The position numbers and the translations under genes are program-made. Under the pieces are notes generated by a model, which saw only the letters and a list, made by a program, of their open reading frames with translations, was not told where the DNA came from and did not search any database. Positions 57,281 to 64,000 of a stretch of DNA of 64,000 bases are shown here, one piece after another (the stretch's first letter is position 1; the number at the start of each line of letters is the position of its first letter). The stretch covers positions 1 to 64,000 of IMG/VR virus record IMGVR_UViG_3300032242_003291. One strand, given 5' to 3'.

Positions 57281-58819
57281 ATGAAGAAAGTAGAAGAAAA
57301 AATCCAACAACTCGAAACACAAATACACGAAAACCACGTTAACAGAGAAACAGAGTTGTTGATTACAGAAATGAAGAAAATAGGAATAGAAAAGTTACCT
57401 TATTCTTACTCAGCCCTCAAACAGTTCATTGACTCCGAAACGATGAACTTTCATTATAACAAACATTATAAAGGGTACGTGGACAAATTAAATGATGCAC
57501 TCTCAAAAAAGAAATACGGAGATTTAGAGTTAGAACAAATCATTAAGAACATAAGTCGTTACGACAAAACAATCAGAAACAACGCAGGTGGAGCATTCAA
57601 TCACGCATTGTTTTGGAACATGTTGACTCCAACACCAAAGAAACTCGAAGGGGAACTTTACAAGAAAATCACAAAACAATTTGGAAGTCTTACCGCATTT
57701 AAAAAGAAATTTGATGCAGTTGCCAAAGACAGATTTGGTTCAGGTTGGGTGTGGTTGGTACTAACAGCAAAGAATACTTTGAAGATTATGTCAACACCAA
57801 ACCAAGACAATCCATTAATGAATGTGATAGAAGGTGGGGGTTTTCCTTTATTAGGTTTAGACCTTTGGGAACATGCTTACTATCTAAAATATAGAAACAA
57901 AAGAGATGAATATATTTTAAACTTTTGGAAAGTTGTGAATTGGGATTTTGTTTCCAAATTATATGAAATGAGAACTGAAACAAAATTAACAGAATCTTTA
58001 GAATTGAGTGGTTTAATTACTGAGTCTGTTGATACTAAGTTTTGTGATGCAAAAGAAGTCCTTTTCTACAAAGATTTAATCAATAACCCAAAGATAAAAA
58101 GAATTTATCAAGATGGTATTACTAGTGTATTGAAAAAAGTATTTCACCAATTTTGGGTGGATAGTACAAACAAAGAGATGTCAGGGTTTTATGGTGTTGA
58201 ATCTAAAGAAGGAAGGTCATTATTAAATAATCTAAATACAAATTTTAACGCATTTTGTTTATTAGGTAAGGCGGTTAATAGACAGATTGAAAAGATTGGT
58301 CGACAAGATAAGATGTTTGATTTCAGTAAGTCTGAAAATAGAACAGTCAAAGAAGTATCAAGATTTATTAATGCGTTAGACCACTTCAAAACAGATATTT
58401 TTACAAAACACAATGAAGATTTTATTAATATCATTAAGGTACTGAAAAAATTATGGGACAGAGGACAAAAGTCAGAGGACAATGTTTTGAAAAAAGTGGA
58501 AGATTATTTTGAAGGTAGAGCTAAAATTGAAAAGGTTGGTGGTCACGGACAAAAAGTGGATGCATTCAAAGGAGTTGATTTGATTATCAGTGTTGATGGT
58601 AAAACTCACACGGCACAAGTTAAACCGTATTCAATGACTAAAGTTGACGGAACTAATGTAGAACTATATGATACAGGGAATGTAAAACCATATAATGTTG
58701 ATTGGTTAATTTTTATACAAACAAAAACTAACAAGATATTAATATTTAACAACGACCCAATTAGTAGTGAAAATCAATACGTATTTAAGTTAAATTCACT
58801 TAAGCACGAAATAGAATAA
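57281..58819 (+). CDS. sod: Fe/Mn superoxide dismutase fused to a C-terminal PD-(D/E)xK-like domain, 512 aa
   Basis: All four ligands present (FHYNKH, NHALFW, DLWEHAYY), GG and PNQD typical of Mn/cambialistic enzymes; ~280 extra C-terminal residues with DAFKGVD...QVKP. Confidence 0.85.
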   Translation: MKKVEEKIQQLETQIHENHVNRETELLITEMKKIGIEKLPYSYSALKQFIDSETMNFHYNKHYKGYVDKLNDALSKKKYGDLELEQIIKNISRYDKTIRNNAGGAFNHALFWNMLTPTPKKLEGELYKKITKQFGSLTAFKKKFDAVAKDRFGSGWVWLVLTAKNTLKIMSTPNQDNPLMNVIEGGGFPLLGLDLWEHAYYLKYRNKRDEYILNFWKVVNWDFVSKLYEMRTETKLTESLELSGLITESVDTKFCDAKEVLFYKDLINNPKIKRIYQDGITSVLKKVFHQFWVDSTNKEMSGFYGVESKEGRSLLNNLNTNFNAFCLLGKAVNRQIEKIGRQDKMFDFSKSENRTVKEVSRFINALDHFKTDIFTKHNEDFINIIKVLKKLWDRGQKSEDNVLKKVEDYFEGRAKIEKVGGHGQKVDAFKGVDLIISVDGKTHTAQVKPYSMTKVDGTNVELYDTGNVKPYNVDWLIFIQTKTNKILIFNNDPISSENQYVFKLNSLKHEIE

Positions 58820-58837
58820 TAAAGATATTTATTTGAT

Positions 58838-59965
58838 ATGTCAGTAATACCAGAACCAGAAAGGTCAAAAATTTATACAAGAGTCAAGCACCAATTGGGT
58901 GCACCTTTAAGAAGTGTTGAACTTGAAGATGAAATGTTAGATTCATTGATGGAATTATCTATTCAAGACTACGAAGAGTATGTTTTACAGTGGTTAATTG
59001 ATAGTCAATGGGTTAACCTTGTCAATCTGAACATGAGTGAAAAATCTGTTGCTCAAGCACTTATAACAAGAACAATGGATTTTGAACAGCAATTTGCATA
59101 CTCATATTCGAAAATTGCTGGTCTTCAAACTACGGGTCCATGGGTTTTAAAGAAAGATTATTTCACATTAGAAAAAAATGTTCAGACATATGAAATTCCT
59201 GCTGGTAGAGAAGTTAATGAATTGTTATGGTTCTCTGACCAACCTTGGACTGCGTATGGTCTTGGGGGTGTCGGTGGTTTTGGATTCGGTGGAATAGGAT
59301 TAGGTGCAGACCAAGCGGGATACGCTCAAATGGGTAATCAAGGTTCTTATTTTATGATGTCAGGTTTCGATTACTTAATAAGAATGCAAGAAGCCAATGT
59401 ACTTAGTAGAATTTTAGGAGGGTCAATGACATACAGAATTACAGGATTACCTGATGGTAAAAAGTTAATTCACTTAATGAATACACCTGGAGGTAAATTT
59501 AATTGGTCAATGTATAATCAATATGTTGGTAAAGCTGTTTGGTATTGGTATTATGAAACAACACCTGACAGTAGAGCGGATTGTTTGAAAAATAATCCCG
59601 ACGTTATCAAACTTCCAACTGACGTTCCATTAGAAGAGTTAACATGGGAGAACTTGAACACCCCTGGTAAACAATGGGTCAGAAGATGGTTTACCGCATA
59701 TGCTAAAGAAACTTTATCAAGAGTTAGAGGTAAATTCAGTGGTAATCTTAAAACACCTGATTCGGAATTAACTATGGATTATACGAGTTTATCGACAGAA
59801 GCTAAAGACGAAAAATCTAAACTTCTTGAAGAATTAATAGGTGCTGAAGGTTGGTTAACAAGGTTAAGACCTGAAAAGGTTATGGAAAGAGAAGCACAAA
59901 TTGCAGAAAACCTAAATAAACAAATGAAGTTCAGAGCAATGCCTCGTCAAATTTATGTAATATAA
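58838..59965 (+). CDS. Neck / head-tail adaptor protein (T4 gp13-like), 375 aa
   Basis: KHQLGAP...VELEDE, WVRRWFTAYAKETLSRVRGKF motifs; TATTTAT 5 nt upstream. Confidence 0.7.
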   Translation: MSVIPEPERSKIYTRVKHQLGAPLRSVELEDEMLDSLMELSIQDYEEYVLQWLIDSQWVNLVNLNMSEKSVAQALITRTMDFEQQFAYSYSKIAGLQTTGPWVLKKDYFTLEKNVQTYEIPAGREVNELLWFSDQPWTAYGLGGVGGFGFGGIGLGADQAGYAQMGNQGSYFMMSGFDYLIRMQEANVLSRILGGSMTYRITGLPDGKKLIHLMNTPGGKFNWSMYNQYVGKAVWYWYYETTPDSRADCLKNNPDVIKLPTDVPLEELTWENLNTPGKQWVRRWFTAYAKETLSRVRGKFSGNLKTPDSELTMDYTSLSTEAKDEKSKLLEELIGAEGWLTRLRPEKVMEREAQIAENLNKQMKFRAMPRQIYVI

Positions 59966-60300
59966 TGGCAATAGTTAAAACAGTACCAGCAAGAAAATAT
60001 ATCAGTGGACAATTAGTAGAAACATCTGAAATAACATTAGTTTCAGAATTAGATTATCGTACAAACGGTGAGGACTGTTGTATTGTTCGTGGTATGAGAG
60101 AAACATACGTCACGTTGGATTCAAAAACAACTGACCACATTACCGTAAAGGCAATGAATCATCTAATAGTTAGACCAGACGTTGGTAAAATTGATGAAGA
60201 GTGGGATGAAATAGTTGCCGACAAGTTTGCCTGTATCGAATTCAGATTTGTGGGTGGTAACTGGTATATCTTATCTTCAGACGGTTTGAAGCAATCCTAA
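59965..60300 (+). CDS. Small beta-rich hypothetical (probably virion) protein, 111 aa
   Basis: Coupled to the neck gene; ends in IEFRFVGGNWYILS. Confidence 0.55.
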   Translation: MAIVKTVPARKYISGQLVETSEITLVSELDYRTNGEDCCIVRGMRETYVTLDSKTTDHITVKAMNHLIVRPDVGKIDEEWDEIVADKFACIEFRFVGGNWYILSSDGLKQS

Positions 60301-63066
60301 TTTATCTTCCCAACCTTCTTCTGCTAAATCGTACATATAGTCTGATTTAAGTCCTCTCTTTTCCCAATATCGTAATTCAGCTTCTGTTATATCCATAACA
60401 TCTTTCTGTAAATCATCTTGGTCACCTTCACCTAAAGGATGTCCATTAATTAATTCACATTGTGCTGTTGTAAAGATGCCTCTTTGTTCAGGGTCCGCAA
60501 CAATCAAAGCATTTCTTACCTCATCTTGAAATACAACCATAAGAGGTTCGATTCTTTTATTGAAGGTTGCAATAGCTCTTGGAACATTATAATCCCCTGT
60601 TAAGGTAGGGTCTTTGTCCAAGATATCTTTGTCTAACATATAACAATTAATCATTACACCATCTGTGATAGGTTTAGCTTTAGGATTGTTATGTAGATTA
60701 ACCGCGTTAGTATCTTTGATTTGTTTTGCAGTCATTTTTTGAACGTCTCCCTGAGATGCTTTAGTTCCATTATTAACGTACATAATTACATCACCTAAAT
60801 TTACAGTAAGGTTTTCTTGTAATGCTAACTCCATGTGAGCCATTCTACTCATACTGTTACCTGCTTTTGTTTTGGTGGTTAGTCTTTTCTTATATTCGTC
60901 AAGACTTAATTTGACTTTAGCTCTTTGTGCAATTTTACTCAATGGTATTTTCTTGTCGAATATAATTTGAAGATACTCGTAATAGTATTCAATAAATGCC
61001 TTACCATTTCCCTCCAATAACATCTTGATACCTTTATCCAAGAATTCTTCAATATAAAGCGGAAGTTTTTTAGACTTGATAGAATTGCCAGTCAACTTTA
61101 TCTTTCCTTTGGCATCCATAACCGCGTAATTTTTTCTGGCAAGATTTATACATGAAGGCCATACCCCATCGGTATCAAGTGCCATCTCACCTCTCATAAA
61201 GATATCATTATACTCCGCAACATCAGCTTCAGGCCCGTAATATTCTTTACCCAATTTTACCTTCCAATTCAATCCACGACCAACATAAACTCGGTCTTTT
61301 GCTTCAGGCGGGGTTGAGAAGTTTACACCATCCGTATCCATTACTAACGGAACATACCCTTTAGTCATAAAGAACTTAATCATCTGACGAAGATACTGTC
61401 TACCTGTACAAGTAATTTGTTCACCCATATACATGTCACCCCACGCATAAACCTGAGGAGCTGACAACGCACCAAACATTGAGTTGATGAAAATCTTAAT
61501 TGGTAATTGTTTATTACCATATGTTGCAGACTTCTTAGGGTCACTAACATAGTATTGTTCTGCAAGTTCTTTGTATTTGATACGGGTGTTACGGAAATAA
61601 CTTAACATTCCTTTCATTGCACCTGTTACATCACAGTCGGGGAATACATCGTGAACCAATTGGATTGATGGATATAGTGAACTAAAGTCCAACTTAAGTA
61701 CATCTTTTGAATATCCAACTTTGAGTAATCTTGATAATCCTCCTACGAAATCTGTCTTGTCTTGTTTTGCGGGTATTGCTAATCCGTGTTTGTAAGACCA
61801 AGCCAACATCAACATCTTCCATAATGTTGCGGTACCCATTGTAGATACCCTCTCGTATGTTGTCGGAATCATTGCGGCAAGTAAGAATGAACCTTGATTA
61901 AATTCTTTATCTACCTTTAGAGTTTCATCTAAGTCATCGTCAAGATATCTCTCAACAATGTTGTCACCTGTCGTTTTTATGTATACACCAGGGAACTTAA
62001 TATCCAAGTCTTGGAATTCAGTTGCCTTCTTATATTTTCCATTTTGGATGTTTAACCAATATTCTTCTTTGTTGGTATACATTTTACCAATACTCTCGTG
62101 TTCGATATATACACGGTCAGGAGCTTCAGCGTTGATATACTTTGTAATGTACTTCAAACCTGCGGCTTTGATACTTGAATTGATTGCTTGTGCTCTACGA
62201 ACAGCGTGAATAATATCGATAACGTTATAACCCCAAATTGAAGTCTGAATATAATCTTCGACTTCATTTGCAAGTTTTAATATTGTTTCTTTTCTTGTGA
62301 ACGAGTGTTGGGGATGTAATGAATGACAAGCCTTCTTTGGGTCAACACCTAATATTCTACATCTTTCAAATATCCAATGCCAGTCGAAGTTTGCGGAGTT
62401 GTATCCACCAATAATACTTGGTTTGATTTCATCAATCACTTTGAAGAATTCAATGATGGCATTCTTCTCCTGAGACTCATCTATACACTCAATTACTCGG
62501 TGGTACCCTTTATTCGTTTTGATTCCAATCATGAAAATACGACCATCCTTAGGGTCAAGAGCAGTCGTTTCTAAGTCGAATACAAGTCTGGTAACTTGCT
62601 CATAGTCTTCAAAACCTTTGAATAATCTTTTTTCTTTTGAAATTAAGTATTGTTCTACAGGAGGTAGAATCATTATTTTGTCTTTGGATTTTTCACCCCA
62701 AGGGTCACAACCACCATCTCTGAAGAATTGAATAAGTTCTCTATATCCTTTAAGAGATTTAACAATATAAGTTAAACCTTTCTCAAGTCTTTCATTACCC
62801 TTTGTATCAAGTTTTTCAATCATGATACCATATTTGGACATTGCTTCTTTTTGTGCTGCTTTGGAGTCGCTATAAAATTTTAATCCTCGTAAGTCACCTA
62901 CCCAAGCAAATGGGATAAATGTATCCTTACGGATTTCTTTACCTTTGCCAGGTATTTCTTTGATTTTGTAAATTGAATTGGATGCGTAGTCGAACTCGAT
63001 TGCGACTATAAATTCTTCAGGGTCATTACCATGTAAGAATGATTCTATCTCTTCATTAGATATCAT
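60277..63066 (-). CDS. Family B DNA polymerase with 3'-5' exonuclease, 929 aa
   Basis: Exo I FDLETT, Exo II GYNSANFD, Exo III YLDDD; motif A DFSSLYPS, motif B KIFINSMFG, motif C DTDG. Confidence 0.92.
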   Translation of the reverse strand: MISNEEIESFLHGNDPEEFIVAIEFDYASNSIYKIKEIPGKGKEIRKDTFIPFAWVGDLRGLKFYSDSKAAQKEAMSKYGIMIEKLDTKGNERLEKGLTYIVKSLKGYRELIQFFRDGGCDPWGEKSKDKIMILPPVEQYLISKEKRLFKGFEDYEQVTRLVFDLETTALDPKDGRIFMIGIKTNKGYHRVIECIDESQEKNAIIEFFKVIDEIKPSIIGGYNSANFDWHWIFERCRILGVDPKKACHSLHPQHSFTRKETILKLANEVEDYIQTSIWGYNVIDIIHAVRRAQAINSSIKAAGLKYITKYINAEAPDRVYIEHESIGKMYTNKEEYWLNIQNGKYKKATEFQDLDIKFPGVYIKTTGDNIVERYLDDDLDETLKVDKEFNQGSFLLAAMIPTTYERVSTMGTATLWKMLMLAWSYKHGLAIPAKQDKTDFVGGLSRLLKVGYSKDVLKLDFSSLYPSIQLVHDVFPDCDVTGAMKGMLSYFRNTRIKYKELAEQYYVSDPKKSATYGNKQLPIKIFINSMFGALSAPQVYAWGDMYMGEQITCTGRQYLRQMIKFFMTKGYVPLVMDTDGVNFSTPPEAKDRVYVGRGLNWKVKLGKEYYGPEADVAEYNDIFMRGEMALDTDGVWPSCINLARKNYAVMDAKGKIKLTGNSIKSKKLPLYIEEFLDKGIKMLLEGNGKAFIEYYYEYLQIIFDKKIPLSKIAQRAKVKLSLDEYKKRLTTKTKAGNSMSRMAHMELALQENLTVNLGDVIMYVNNGTKASQGDVQKMTAKQIKDTNAVNLHNNPKAKPITDGVMINCYMLDKDILDKDPTLTGDYNVPRAIATFNKRIEPLMVVFQDEVRNALIVADPEQRGIFTTAQCELINGHPLGEGDQDDLQKDVMDITEAELRYWEKRGLKSDYMYDLAEEGWEDKLGLLQTV

Positions 63067-63157
63067 AAAATATATTTTTAGATTGGTGTATTAGCTTTCA
63101 CAATACGTGAAATTTACCTTCTTCTATAAATATAAAAAATCTTACTAACTAATCAAA

Positions 63158-63535
63158 TTAACAACAAGCAGTTTCAGAAATAAAACTATCTTGGATATTG
63201 ATATAAAGCTCCTCTCTAATTGGTAATATTAAATTACCCTCATCGTTTTTAATTAAAAACTGACCTTGGTATCTACCCACGGTGTCTGTATCGTATTTTG
63301 TAAACTTAAAATAAATGTAATATTCAGGTGACGCTCCTTCAGGTAAAATTAAATTAACAATTTCACATGGGGCAGAAACAATCTTAGGAATACCCGTTTC
63401 TACATCAACCATAGAAAAATAAATTGATGATACTTCTAATGATTGCATCAGTTCAAGATACCCAGCTCTACCATCTTTTACTACCTGCATTTTCAACACA
63501 GGGAGTGTTGCATTTTTTTTGATAAAAAATTCCAT
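63158..63535 (-). CDS. BppU-N-like small structural protein, 125 aa
   Basis: MEFFIKKNATLPVLKMQ...GRYQGQFLI pattern. Start revised to ATG 63535, 4 nt after TATTTAT (63540-63546). Confidence 0.5.
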   Translation of the reverse strand: MEFFIKKNATLPVLKMQVVKDGRAGYLELMQSLEVSSIYFSMVDVETGIPKIVSAPCEIVNLILPEGASPEYYIYFKFTKYDTDTVGRYQGQFLIKNDEGNLILPIREELYINIQDSFISETACC

Positions 63536-63551
63536 AACAATAAATATATTG

Positions 63552-64000
63552 TTATGACTCTTTACGTAAGTCTCCGCTATAATGTTCAAATCTATTATGT
63601 TCAGTAGGTGTCATCAACAAGATACCAGGATATAACTCCTTTTTTTTGACTAACTGATACATATGACTCATCCAAGTTTGTTCGAAAGGATGTGCCCAAG
63701 TAGTATCCAAAAACATTTTTTTATTTCCTGTTTTACTTACAACTTGAGGCCAATTACAATAGTAAACCTCACCAACAGCATATGGTAATCCCTTATGTAT
63801 TATAATATTTTCGAACAAAGTTTTGGGAGCATTTGGGTCCAACCCTTGAACTGGTAATCTGTTTTTACCAGGCCAAAACTGTTCTCTAACATGTTGGGGA
63901 ACGTTATACCAAGCCCATTGAGTTCCATTGTCTCCATAAAATTCTGAGTAGTTCAACTTTAAAAAATCAAAATTTTCCTTTTTCATTATTTCTAATGACT
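63552..64000 (-). CDS. 3' part of a gene entering from the right edge (possibly glycosyltransferase-like)
   Basis: The frame stays open upstream of ATG 63986 to the window edge (...SLEIMKKENF); the functional guess rests on weak resemblance only. Confidence 0.45.
   Translation of the reverse strand, partial: SLEIMKKENFDFLKLNYSEFYGDNGTQWAWYNVPQHVREQFWPGKNRLPVQGLDPNAPKTLFENIIIHKGLPYAVGEVYYCNWPQVVSKTGNKKMFLDTTWAHPFEQTWMSHMYQLVKKKELYPGILLMTPTEHNRFEHYSGDLRKES

Noticed and set aside
61470-61500. Polymerase motif B NSMFG (Phe for the usual Tyr) as a sign of modified-base replication
   Set aside because: A single conservative change with all catalytic motifs intact; not interpretable without an alignment.
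4317-62574. Short ORFs nested in or antisense to long genes (e.g. 22504-22836, 32363-32647, 43874-44251, 46862-47323, 58189-58482)
   Set aside because: They lie wholly within well-supported genes and show no motifs or independent initiation signals.
24078-63589. Longer N-termini in the ORF track (26015, 28767, 31037, 47952, 48963, 55520, 63589)
   Set aside because: They run through promoter motifs, terminators or upstream genes; the downstream ATGs fit ATGA coupling or motif spacing better.
1-64000. Stop-codon reassignment, tRNA genes, introns or inteins
   Set aside because: Core genes are full length in code 11, TGA acts as a stop in ATGA overlaps, intergenic gaps are too short for tRNAs, and no intein or intron signatures were seen in RNR, helicase or polymerase.

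Overview
64 kb of an AT-rich (roughly one-third GC by eye) large myovirus genome with T4-like gene families, read in the standard genetic code. The host is most likely Bacteroidota, inferred from SprB-type repeats, A-rich leaders without Shine-Dalgarno sequences and candidate -33/-7 promoters. Minus strand, left to right: a tail-fibre/adhesin block (a >1357-aa protein with a proline-free Gly-X-Y array that runs off the left edge, a Thr/Pro-rich protein, a SprB-repeat protein), baseplate genes, a replication block (class II RNR, DnaB-like helicase, 2OG-Fe(II) oxygenase, 5'-3' exonuclease, RecA/UvsX, gp32-like SSB) and the tail module (hub, LysM/gpX-like, tube initiator with an OmpA-like insert, tape measure, chaperone, tube, HAD-like insert, sheath, terminator, neck). 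A plus-strand block follows (SNF2 helicase, Fe/Mn SOD fusion, neck protein), then a minus-strand family B DNA polymerase. Best leads: a probable programmed +1/-2 frameshift (UUU UUU CGU) in the tail assembly chaperone, a SOD fused to a PD-(D/E)xK-like domain, a recurring sense-strand TATTTAT promoter-like motif, and a small ribbon-helix-helix regulator gene missing from the ORF track. All protein assignments come from motif recognition and synteny; no database search was run.
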